A DNA stretch of 63,978 nucleotides, counting the filler, from Octopus bimaculoides (taxonomy: Eukaryota), in assembly GCF_001194135.2 (NCBI RefSeq). It is 5 parts of 5 records of this genome, joined end to end, with 100 filler letters (N's around TTAATTAATTAA, not from the genome) between each part and the next. Parts side by side here need not be neighbours in the genome. Positions count along the whole stretch, not along the records: positions 45,369 to 54,798 come from NC_068992.1; positions 54,899 to 62,631 come from NC_068982.1; positions 62,732 to 63,978 come from NW_026426635.1; 2 more parts are not named here. The stretch is one strand, 5' to 3'. Positions 52,344-63,978 of this stretch are shown in pieces. A program made the position numbers and the translations under genes. Position 1 is the first letter of the stretch. Every line of letters starts with the position of its first letter. The notes beneath the pieces were generated by a model. It saw only the letters and a list, made by a program, of their open reading frames with translations, ran no database searches and had not been told where the DNA came from.

Positions 52344-53214
52344 GGATCCTTATGGTTTGACGGGCAACATTTTTTTATGTAGTGTTTTTGGTACCGAAAC
52401 ACTTTCAAACTTCGTATACTTGTATATTTTGTGGTATAGAACAGATAAAAAGATTTGTATTCGAAGTTATTTCACGTTAAAAATGGTCTTATTTCGATAA
52501 TTTCAACTAATCACTGACGTCTATTCACTTGAATACAGTTAGTGCTGTGACGGTGTATATGGTATTAATCCCCGTTAGTTCTGACATTTCCGATTAACNN
52601 NNNNNNNNAGTGCTGTGACGGTGTATATGGTATTAATCCCCGTTAGTTCTGACATTTCCGATTAACTAGACTGTTCGTAAACAAAGGGGAAAAAGCCATC
52701 AAAATACTTGAATATTGCCTGCACTTGTTATTGCAGTTGGTAGAATTATTAATGCACCTCCACCAAGTGCTTCATTTCCTAGAAATAACAGCCAAATCTT
52801 CTTCAAATCAAACTCTAGTTTAGGGTTAGGGTTCGGATTTTAGAGTTAGGGTTAGTTTTAGGATTACAGTTAGAGTTATGATTATTTTTGCCATAACCTC
52901 ACTCATAACCATAACCCTAACCCTAACCCCAACGCTAACCCTAAAACCCTAACCCTAACTCTAAACCCGAACCCTAACCCTAAAACCCTAAACCCTTACT
53001 AGGGAATAATGATATAATTAAACAGGGAATAACACACTTGACACCGGCAAAAATTTATTGTTTATAAAAAGAGCACTAACTGTATTCAGCTGAATAGACG
53101 TCAGTGATTGGTTGAAATTACAGAAATACGACTACTTTAACATGAAATAACTTGCGATGTACAATTTTTTGTTATGAAGGCTAAGAGAAAAAGTTGTTTT
53201 GTATGACACATTCT
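52344..53214. mobile_element. Diverged, longer copy of the telomere-repeat MITE
   Basis: Arms are homologous to 57249-57826. Internal IR at 52499-52546 / 53072-53119, with a TTAGGG-like then CCCTAA-like core at 52817-52998. The right end is lost at the gap. Confidence 0.8.
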
Positions 53215-53684
53215 NNNNNNNNNNATGTTGATTTGTTAAAATCAGTGTTATGTTTTACCCCTTTCTGAGCAAAACACTTTCTTCTTAACGTCAGGATCCC
53301 GGATGCTTCTTGGCGAAAGTTGTTACAAAGTATTACCCATGCCATGTGTCTATTCCACGTGGGATGGAGAGATGTTGAAGTGATTACAGGATATGTGACG
53401 AAAGATTTCCAGACGAAGGACATAAAATAGGGACAGTAGTAAATCTGAAGTGAAGAACAAATATGCAGTGCGTGTGTTTATTTGGCAAGAAGTAAAAAAG
53501 TGGAAGAAAAATGACAATACCGAAATATAACAATATCTGTTACGAAGTAATATTGCGGATATCGGTAACTTAGCGGTTCGGCGAAAAAAGCCCGATAGAA
53601 TAATGTCTTGGCTTGGCTTGACTTGGTCTGGTTTGGCTTACAACATACTAAAATGTCTGTAATTTTATTTAATAATCTGTATAT

Positions 53685-54760
53685 GGCAAATAAGGTCCCG
53701 CCGTTTAATTTTAATTTTAAATTTTTTAAAAGGTTTAATACAAAAATAACAACTAATTAATAAATAATGTATTCACCCTTGTTGTTAACAACTTCTTCTC
53801 AACTTTCAACAAGATTTTCAATTCTTCGTTGGTAGAAATCACCCGATTTCAACTCGAAAAATTGATCCAACCAAACACTGAATTCTGCATCGGTATTGAA
53901 CGAAACTCCACGCATAGCATTTGAAAGAGATCGAAAGAGGTGGAAATCTGTTGGTGCCAAATCAGGAGAGTACGGTAGGTGTGGCAGCACTTCCCAGCCA
54001 TGCGTTTGAATGGCTTCCTTGTTCATATTGGTGATACGAGGGCGGGCGTTGTCGTGCAGCAGAAGAACTTCATGCTGCCGATTAGGTCTTTTTTCTTGAA
54101 TAGCCATGTTGAGTCGGTCCCTCTGTTGAACATACAGTTCCGCGTTGACCGTTTGGTTCCGTTCAAGCAATTCGTAATGGATATTCTCTTCCCAGTCCCA
54201 CCGTACGCACAACATCGTATTACGCGGATGAAGATCTTGTTTCACGTGCGGTATCGCTTGTTTAGCGGGGTTAAGCCATTTCTTATGCTGCTTTATATTG
54301 ATGTACAGGCACCATTTTTCGTCGCCAGTAACGATTCGGTAAAGAAATCGTTGCTTGTGTCCATGAGTTGAATGGCGACGAGCAAGCAAACCAGTGGAGA
54401 TTGTGGCTCGTTGATTGTGGTGATGCAATAAGCAAAATAGAATTCAAAACATTATGGACCCCATGCACCATACTTCTGAAACTTTCCCATCGAGTGAAGA
54501 TGCTTCTTTATAGCAGTGGGGGCAGTGGGGGAGCATTCCATTTTCTCTGCCAGTTGCCTTGTCGTTTGACGAGAATTTTTGTGCAAAATTTGATTTAATC
54601 GCTCTTCATCGAACTAAACTGGACGGCCAGTGTCGCGAGCAGCTTTTGCGGCCTTAGAACCTTGATTAAAAGCAATAAGAAGGAGGTGTCAAAAATGCTC
54701 GTTTTTCTTAAATTGACATTCCAATTTAATGATCTGAAAATAAACAAATGATCTGAAAAT
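53685..54760 (-). mobile_element. mariner (DD34D) element, near-complete but disrupted
   Basis: ECQFKKNEHF*HLLLIAFNQGSKAAKAARD (deletion) GRPV…QTTRQLAEK…RIVTGDEKWCLY…LHDNARP…HLPYSPDLAPTDFHLF (D34D). Boundaries are approximate. Confidence 0.92.
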
Positions 54761-54798
54761 AAAAAAAAAAATAACTAAAATTAACTAGAAAAAAAAAA

Positions 54799-54898
54799 NN
54801 NNNNNNNNNNNNNNNNNNNNNNNNNNNNNNNNNNNNNNNNNNTTAATTAATTAANNNNNNNNNNNNNNNNNNNNNNNNNNNNNNNNNNNNNNNNNNNN
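54799..54898. other. Artificial scaffold spacer N44-TTAATTAATTAA-N44
   Basis: Exactly 100 bp. Confidence 0.95.
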
Positions 54899-55767
54899 AT
54901 ATATATATATATATATATATATAGCTTAAGAAAGATATAGTTGACTTCCAAATAGTTGTCTGCCAAATAGAAGATAATTTTTAAACTTGTATAATGTTTT
55001 CTTCTCTTTCAAACCTCTACATGAAAAAGAATGTTAGCCGGTAGGGACACGAATAACAGCTCTCATCGCTCACAAACAATTGTTTGCTTCATTTGACAAA
55101 CATTCTTCGTTACTTTTCTTTTTTTTTCTCTGGAATGTTTTTGCGGGTCTCAAGCAGGTCTCACACCGTCAGCTGTAGCATAACGATAGTAGCTTTCTAA
55201 TACAAATATATTCTAGGTAAAACCAACATTCCTCTTTTATGTGAAAATTGAAGTACTTTGCGCCGTTTAATTAATCTGCCCACTGCCTTACAGCAGGGCC
55301 TATACGAAGGGGTTCAGAAAGTAGATCGGAGTGGGGCTCAGAGAGAGAGAGAGAGAGAAAGAGAGACAAAGAAAAGGTCCTTCCCTACCTAAAGTTCAGC
55401 ATCTTTGAATATTGTTTTCAAATTTTGACACAAGGCCAGCAATTTTAAGGTAAGGGGTAAGTCGATTATATTTACATACATATGTGGAGTGGGGGATGAG
55501 TGATAAGTGCCTTCGAAAGCTAAATTTAAGGATACAGAGATTTAGGAAAATTCGAAAACCTTTTATACTTGTGCATAAATAAAATACGAAACGATGCCTC
55601 CATAACTTCTGATTTGTTTTTTTCATTTGTATTTATGCGCTATACTATACACCATGAAAAACTTTTTACACACACACACACACACAAACAATTAGGACTA
55701 TTCTATACCATTGCAACTCTATCACCTTATAAACGAAACAAATGCTGGATACATCGAAAGTAACTTT

Positions 55768-56340
55768 GGATCTTTTTTAAAACGGGGGCCACATTTTTCA
55801 TTAACGAAGCACTTTGAAACTTGGAACACTGGTAGAATGTGTCATATAAAACATCTTTTTCTCTTAGGGATTTCTTTTTTTTTAAGAAGACTAAGTTATT
55901 CCATGTTAAAGTCGTATTTCTGTAATTTCAACCAATCACTGATGTCCATTCAGCCGATATACATTAAGTGCCGACTACATAAACAAACGATTCTGAAACA
56001 ATTCTATCGGTGATAGGGTTAGGGTTAGGGTTAGGGTTAAGGTTAGGGTAAAACAGCAAATTTAAAAAGAAAAAAGCAAAACGAAGCTATGGAAATTAAA
56101 TACGCTTTACACCGCTTAATCAGCCAAAGGAGTAAATATAAACAACTGAATACTTGTCAGTGATTGGTTGAAATTATCGAAATAAGACAATTTTTTACAT
56201 GAAATAAATTCGAATACAAAAATATTTTTCTGTTCTATAACACAAAATAGATAAGTATACGAAGTTTGAAAGTCTTTCGGTACCAAAAACACTACGTAAA
56301 ACATTAATGAAAAATGTGGCCCCCGTTTTTAAAAAGATCC
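55768..56340. mobile_element. Merlin-like MITE with telomeric TTAGGG core
   Basis: ~37-bp TIR GGATCTTTTTTAAAACGGGGGCCACATTTTTCATTAA. 8-bp TSD GTAACTTT at 55760-55767 and 56341-56348. AGGG(TTAGGG)3 at 56015-56036. Confidence 0.9.
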
Positions 56341-57248
56341 GTAACTTTAACTTGATACCATAAATACTATGATATAAAATTTATCCGCAGAAGATAATTA
56401 TTTATCTCTTCACATTTTCTCCAGCTCAAAGACGTTGAATACATCAAAGTTGGATCGATATTTTCGATAATTATCTATGCATTGAAGCAAAAGTTCTCAA
56501 TAGCTAAGAGTTAGTAACAGAAAGTAGTCAGCATGTAACCGGTCTGTTCTTTTCATTTATATAGTGCTATGGAAAAAAATCCTATACAAAACCCAGAATT
56601 TGAATATCAAAATACGGAGGGAACAAATGAAACTTTTACAAACTGATTGCATGACACCAATGGAAACATTTATGGACAGGATAAACTGCTTGAGTCGAAA
56701 CTGAGGCATTTCTCAGCTGATACCTTTCTTTGTCGTTTGAAGAGGCGACGAAGCACAAGAAGAATGAAAAGGGTAATCATCCTTAGTGACAAGTATCAAT
56801 TGTTTATCACGCCTATGAATTAAGACGGAGGCATCAAAATTGTTTTTGTGTTCTCGAGCGCCGAGAATCTTTGTTACACCACTTATCGTGGTATGTTATC
56901 CTCCCTCCGTGAGGTCTAGTTCATCTGTTTTTACTCTGGAGTCTCATCCGTGGCCTTAAACCACAATTGGTTATATCGGAAGGTAAGCTCCTGAGTGCAT
57001 TACACTCTGAATATCAAGAGAATACAAATACTACTTGCAATGGCAAGGAAATTCAATAACAGTAAGTCAATAAACACTCTATAACTGTATGTTTCAAACG
57101 GTGATTAGAAAAGGCAATCGGTGAAAGTATATTCTTTGTGACAGTTCACTCCATGAATGTAATGTAATTTATGCCTGCTTTCAGTCGAAATGCTTATTTT
57201 ATCAAAATTGTTATAACTCCGAGTTATTTAGACATCTAAACTATTCTC

Positions 57249-57826
57249 GGATCTTTTTTAAAACGGGGGCCACATTTTTCATTAATGTTTTACGTAGTGT
57301 TTTTGGTACCGAAAGACTTTCAAACTTCGTATACTTATCTATTTTGTGTTATAGAACACAAAAATATTTTTGTATTCGAATTTATTTCATGTAAAAAATT
57401 GTCTTATTTCGATAATTTCAACCAATCACTGACGTCCACTCAGCCGATATACATTAAGTGCCGACTACATAAACAAACGATTCTTCGTTTTATTTGCTTT
57501 TTTCATTTTAAATTTGCTTTAACCCTAACCCTAAGCCTAACCCTAACTCTAACCTTAGGGTTAGAGTTAGGTTTAGGGTTAGGGTTAATTGTTTCAGAAT
57601 CGTTTGTTTATGTAGTCGGCACTTAATGTATATCGGCTGAATGGACGTCAGTGATTGGTTGAAATTACAGAAATACGACAACTTTAACATGGAATAATTT
57701 ATGGATTTCTTTTTTTTTTAAGAAGACTAAGAGAAAAAGATGTTTTATATGACACATTCTACCAGTGTTCCAAGTTTCAAAGTGTTTCGTTAATGAAAAA
57801 TGTGGCCCCCGTTTTAAAAAAGATCC
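57249..57826. mobile_element. Merlin-like MITE with telomeric hairpin core (opposite orientation)
   Basis: Same TIR. 8-bp TSD CTATTCTC at 57241-57248 and 57827-57834. 71-bp internal IR at 57414-57484 / 57596-57666, and a (CCCTAA)n-(TTAGGG)n-like core at 57520-57587. Confidence 0.92.
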
Positions 57827-58201
57827 CTATTCTCTAATGTACTATCCGACTAGTTGTCTAGCACCAAGCATCTCTTGTATACAAATAGAGAAACACTTAC
57901 TACTAAGCTATCGTTATTATTGTCGACCAGCTCTAGGTCAGGCCTGCTTGAGTAGACTTGCCATCAAAGACATTCTAACTGTAGCTGTACAGTCTCATCA
58001 GTCATCGCTTATCTCAAATTACTTTACCTGTTTTGTCCTTTCTTCTTAAAAGATCGAATAATCACAACAGATCGAATAATCGCGTAAAGGCTCTCTCTTT
58101 TTGGTTTTTATTCTGAACGGTTAGCTTTCAATTATGAGTGAATATGCCATTGGTAAATCTAATTAGCTCTTTCAGTGATCTCATGTCAGTTAAATTTGAT
58201 T

Positions 58202-58523
58202 ATGTGAAAGCGCGTGGCTTAGTGGTTAGGGCATTCGGCTCACGATCGTAAAGTCGTGAATTCGATTCCCGTTGTCCTTGAGCAAGACACTTTATTTCAC
58301 GTTGCTCCAGTCTACTCAGCTGGCAAAAATGAGTAGTACCTCTATTTCAAAGGGCCGGCCTTGTCACGCTATGTGTCACGCTGAGTCTCCCTGAGAACTA
58401 CGTTAGGGGTACACGTGTCCGTGGATTGCTCAGTCACTTGCAGGTTAATTTCATGAGCAAGCTGTTCTGTTGATCGTATCAGCTGGGATACTCGTCGTCG
58501 TAACCGACGGAGTGCTCCTATTA
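58202..58523 (+). mobile_element. Family C SINE (short, CORE-bearing subfamily)
   Basis: A-box TGGCTTAGTGG and CORE-like gtccttgagcaagacacttt. 11-bp TSD TAAATTTGATT at 58191-58201 and 58524-58534. Confidence 0.9.
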
Positions 58524-61030
58524 TAAATTTGATTGCAGACAGGCAGAACTTCAATGTTCAAAGAAGCATGGTCAATTTCAGACCGAATACCATCTGTTTT
58601 TTTAATTGCAGTACAGCCCCGTTCTAAACAGCAGACCAATGAGGAAAGGAGTCATTCCAGTTTTTTTTTAACGGTATTTAGAACTACATTAATTAGTACC
58701 CTCTTCACTTTTTTAATGGCGAAATCAAAGGAGGAACGGCAATATCCATGACTCATTTCCAGGATCACTGAGATTGTTGGTAGACCTGACCTAAATGCTT
58801 GCAACAGTGTGTAGTTCTCTTAAGGTACCCAAGGAACAGGTGGTAGCCTTAAACCAGGTGATGGATTAAACCTACCATCAAAGAGTGGGAAAGATCCCTC
58901 TGAGGGAATCCACACAATTTCCATACAAGAAATTTCACTGTGGTCGACTCGAGACAGCGGTAGAAGACACTTCCTCAAAGTGTAACGCAAGGGATCGAAC
59001 CTGACGCTAGGAAGCTACGAAGTGAACTCTTTACTTTTTAACTACACCTCACTTCTTAACTTACTTCTTAGCCATACCTGCGACCATATACGTTTTAAGG
59101 TAGTTGAGCCGTGATATGAGGAAAATTTTGTTGTTATTTCTTGTAGGTCATGCAACTACAGAGATCTTTCATTTTATCTATTTTTATCAATTGGCAGATT
59201 GAAGCGGATGTATAAAAATACCTTTCTGAGTTAATTGCTGCCTCTAGGAAAATGGGGTTGACACCCACAGTAAAGCTACAAAGAGGCACATCTTGTTTCA
59301 TTTGTATTATATGCAGGAAGAGGAAAATGAATAGTTTTTATTTCTGTTACTATTTAACTCCATCAATTAAACTTCAAAGTAAGATTTAACATAATGTAAT
59401 TTACCTACAATTGACCTCCGCCATTAAAGTCCCTGTAAATAAAATTAATCTGTATGTATGTATGTATGTAAAAATTCGTTACTATAACAGAAACATCAGG
59501 ATTATCCCGACAGAATAATTACTAAAATACTTATTGATAACGTGTTTGACTCTGGTAGAAAAAGCTTAGGTATTAGCAAGAAACGGAAGTTTAACAAATG
59601 ATCTGTCTGTGGGGTTTTTTTAAACTTGTCACATTGCCTTTACTTCCGGACAAATATTTGATGTAATGTTGGGAGAGGCCGAAAGATGTTCACACGAGTA
59701 GCTAAAGATTTATCATGTCAACTATATTTGTTATTGTTTCTATCTGTCACTTAAAGACTATTTTATTATATCTAACATCATGTTAAGCTGACAGCACTTG
59801 TGTTATATGGCAGCCCACTTAGACAACAATCACTCATACCTCAGACGGCCACTTGAGCAACCACTTAGTGTCTCTTATATTAAACCTTTACCTCCTCCTC
59901 TCCCCACTTTTTGGGATCAAATAGTTTGGGGTGATATGTTATAAATACAAATATGCTATGTACATACATACTCATGCGCACGCGCATATGCGAGGACACG
60001 CATACATACATACATACATACATACATACATACATACACACATACATAGGCTGGCAGATAGATAGATAGATAGATAGATAGATTTGGTGGAACAAATAAT
60101 AGTAAGAATATATATTTATATACTTTTTTAATCAGTTGTGAAGTTATATGAGTGACCTTAAGGTTAGTTTCTTGCGGGACACTTATCAAAGTTTGCTTTT
60201 GTTTCATATCATGAAACACTCGACTCTTGAATCACTTATGCAATTTTTTAGCCAGTTATATATATATAGGAGCTGCTCATACAGATACACAGATACCCTG
60301 TAGCAATGCGCTTGCTCTCATAAATATACATTTTAAAACACATTCATCTACACATATTGTTGAACGATGTTTAAAGGTGACGAAAACATGGTGGAGAAAA
60401 TGACAATGGTAGGAAGCTTCGTCAGTGGATAACTTCATGTATGTATGTATGTATGTATGTACACTGCATGCAGTGCATCCGATATTGGGGCCCTGGCACG
60501 GGAGTTCCAGGTTTAGAGCTTATTTTTAGAAAGTAAACTCGTATAAAAAAAAACGCTACCTGCGGTCGGTCTCTCGTCCTCTCAGTCTCTGTTGTACCTC
60601 TAGCCTTATAGCTGATTGTGCTGAAAAGTGGATTTAGCGATGCGTAACACTTTATCTACTCAAAACAAATTCACACACTGGAACTTCTTGGATTCTCGGA
60701 GCATTTGCATGGTCTGACTGGATTTAGCGAGTGGTCCTTACTCGGTAACGAGTTGACTTTCACCACCTGCGTATGTATGAATGTGAGCCATGGGCGGAAC
60801 AGTAACATGTTAAACACTTATGGCGTGCACATTAGTAGTCTCAATTTCCTGTAACACACATGGACTTGTTGAATATATAAACAGGTGTCCTGTTTGTTTC
60901 TCTGGGATTGATTAAATTGATGTAGAGACCCCTGATGAGAACCCAATAAGGTCCCTAAATCGATCAAGGCTGTTCAACATCTTTTCAATTTGTTCACACA
61001 CACACACGCATATATATATATATATATATT

Positions 61031-61097
<67 letters not shown>

Positions 61098-61647
61098 GCA
61101 CACACAGAAACATATGAATATACACACGTATATGGATATAGATATATGTGGTCTTATATATAATCATTTATATAGACTAATATATTTTATATAGCTGTTA
61201 TTTATGGTTGGTCAGAAATTTACCATTGGTTTCACGTCTATTACCACTCTCAGCAGTATGGGCTACGCAGCAGATCTGTCAGCCGGAGGCACATAGTCTC
61301 TGTGTTTGCCAATTAACCAATTGAAAAAAAAACATGTTGTCGAATACATATCTTTTATCTACTGAAAATGGATCGAGTGGGCATGTTCTCAAGAATTCAA
61401 GACTAATCCTCTCTTACATGATTCATCCCTGAAAGGCAATAGAAATTTCCTTCATTAGTCGTCTCAAAACGAGGGCGGAAACATTTAATTTAGCATATGT
61501 ATTAATGAGCGTCTGAACTATCTATAAATATATATTATATGTGTGTGTGTGTGTGAGTGCATACGTGTATACATATACAAGTGTAAATACACACACACAT
61601 ACATATGTAAACACATACATACCCGTATACATATTTATCTTTGCATC

Positions 61648-61695
<48 letters not shown>

Positions 61696-62478
61696 GTTGT
61701 CAGTCTTAAAATTATAAACAATCTCTTATCCTTGGTAATGTCTTGTGCCTGAGTTTGTCTGTCTGTCATTACTGTTAGTTTCTCCACTGTTCTACATAAC
61801 ACTTGTTGCTTTGAAAAGTACTTATTCTAAACGATACTTCTGAAAGTTGGTTATGAAGATCCTTGTTCCTTTCCATTGAAATCTTGAACGTACTTCTTCG
61901 TTTATATCTCTACCCCAACCCCTTCTCTCTCTCTCTTTGTCTGTCTATACATGTATCTCTCTATCGATATCTATTACTCAGTCTGTTTGCTTGCCTTTGT
62001 GTAGTATGTGTGTGTGTGGTGTGTGTGGTGTGTGTGTTCTATTCCGAGTAATACAGACTATTTGGGCGTTTTCAAAATGTGGCCTCCACTACTGCGAAAC
62101 CATTTCTAATCGGCAGCAAAAGGAAATCCATCAGCCGAATATATTTACTTTTTGCTCAGTCTACATCATCTGTCGTATAAATAATCAACATTCTTAACCT
62201 GTCTGATCTTCAATATACATTTATGAAGTGGAATCTTATCTATTATCAGCAATAATTCTATTACTAAACTCCTTTAATTACCTATCCTTTCTACATCTTC
62301 ATTTAGTAGTAATTTCACACTTTTATCACCAGTGTCAGTTACAATTTTTTTCTTTATTTATATATGTATACATATATATATACGTATGTATATACATATA
62401 TACATATATATACATATATATACATATATAAGTTTGTATATATATATATATATATGTATATATATGCATGTGTATATA

Positions 62479-62512
<34 letters not shown>

Positions 62513-62594
62513 TATATATATATATATATATATGTGTGTATATATATATGTATATATATATATATGTGTGTGTATATATATATGTATATATATA

Positions 62595-62631
<37 letters not shown>

Positions 62632-62731
62632 NNNNNNNNNNNNNNNNNNNNNNNNNNNNNNNNNNNNNNNNNNNNTTAATTAATTAANNNNNNNNNNNNN
62701 NNNNNNNNNNNNNNNNNNNNNNNNNNNNNNN
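62632..62731. other. Artificial scaffold spacer N44-TTAATTAATTAA-N44
   Basis: Exactly 100 bp. Confidence 0.95.
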
Positions 62732-62974
62732 GGGGGGGGGTCTTGTGCTTAATAAAAGAATATCCTGTAACACCTCTTTCTCCTCTTTTTCCTCCTCCTC
62801 ATCACCATCATCACTACCATCATTATCATCGTTAACACCATCGTCGTCGTCACGGTCTTCTTTGCTTTTCATCCTTTCGGATTCGATAAAATAAGCACCA
62901 GTTAAACACTAGGGTCGATGTAATCGATTTGGCTCCTATCCCGAGAATGGAGGCCTTGTGGCAAAATTTGAAAC

Positions 62975-63405
<431 letters not shown>

Positions 63406-63458
63406 TTATTATCACCGCCATCATCATTGTCTGTAATTTTACGTTTTGTCACCCATAG

Positions 63459-63558
63459 TCGCGAAAATACCTGACGCGTTGCCTTCCGTAAACCAGGAAT
63501 TTGGTAGAGCTCGGAAAGCCTACATCAAAGAATATGTCCAAAGTTTAACAAATGCTGT
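63459..63558 (+). CDS. Candidate coding exon (100 nt, or longer if the in-frame TGA is a mutation)
   Basis: TTTTGTCACCCATAG| acceptor, then a phase-1 frame AKIPDALPSVNQEFGRARKAYIKEYVQSLTNA and a possible donor GT|GTGAGA. Confidence 0.28.
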
Positions 63559-63845
63559 GTGAGATTCTCTGACAATATTTACATCTGTTGTAATATTGAT
63601 GTTTTCTGGAACCTTCTTGTGTCTGGCTATGCATGTAATCTGCCATTGTCTTTATAGAGGCGGTTGTGTGACATTACAGTTGAACCAAATATGAATCACG
63701 TGAGAGACACACTCTGTGTCTCCATTCAACGGAGAGGGCGAAGATTCAGCACAACAATATTATAATACATGTACACACAGGCACACACGCACACNNNNNN
63801 NNNNCACAACAATATTATAATACATGTACACACAGGCACACACGC

Positions 63846-63883
<38 letters not shown>

Positions 63884-63978
63884 ACACGCACACAACCGCA
63901 TACACACACACAGACACATACGCACAATCACACTCACACACAGGAACACACAAACACAACCACACAGACACATGGACA

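Noticed and set aside
52541-52666. 58-bp perfect direct repeat
   Set aside because: The copies sit on either side of a 10-N gap, typical of an unmerged contig overlap. The same pattern occurs at 34112 and 63795.
52817-52998. Head-to-head TTAGGG/CCCTAA array resembling an ancestral telomere fusion site
   Set aside because: It is short, degenerate and lies at the centre of a MITE whose sister copies also carry the repeats, so it is transposon cargo.
56569-56822. ATG-initiated frame with a single in-frame TGA (possible selenocysteine)
   Set aside because: No selenoprotein-like motif and no recognisable SECIS; expected by chance in AT-rich DNA.
55768-57826. Composite transposon with two MITEs bracketing a 900-bp cargo
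   Set aside because: Each MITE has its own different 8-bp TSD, and there is no shared outer TSD.
63540-63650. Minus-strand ITCIARHKKVPENINITTDVNIV resembling an Ig-domain strand
   Set aside because: It is bounded by stops on both sides, has weak splice sites, and overlaps a better-supported plus-strand candidate.

Overview
Repeat-dense eukaryotic genomic DNA, most likely from an octopus. This is inferred from three abundant tRNA-derived SINE families that resemble the octopus OK/OR1/OR2 set and from very high microsatellite density; no database check was possible. About 4 kb is assembly gap (N), including four artificial N44-TTAATTAATTAA-N44 spacers. No intact gene, rRNA, true tRNA or CRISPR array is visible, and nearly all long ORFs in the supplied track are artefacts of N runs or microsatellites. 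The window holds decayed mobile elements: RTE-clade and Dong/R4-clade LINE fragments, several mariner (DD34D) remnants, one maT (DD37D) remnant, a hAT transposase pseudogene, hAT and mariner MITEs, a Helentron-type end, and many SINEs (my labels A, B, C). The most unusual items are: (1) three copies of a Merlin-like MITE with nested inverted repeats around a telomeric TTAGGG/CCCTAA core, two of them with intact GG-ended TIRs and 8-bp TSDs; (2) a ~560-bp non-tRNA element found twice inside TAA-type microsatellites, in a window that also holds a Dong/R4 LINE fragment; (3) an RTE LINE whose C-terminus carries three tandem C2H2 zinc fingers; (4) a few short, partly phase-compatible candidate exons of an unidentified plus-strand gene (low confidence).
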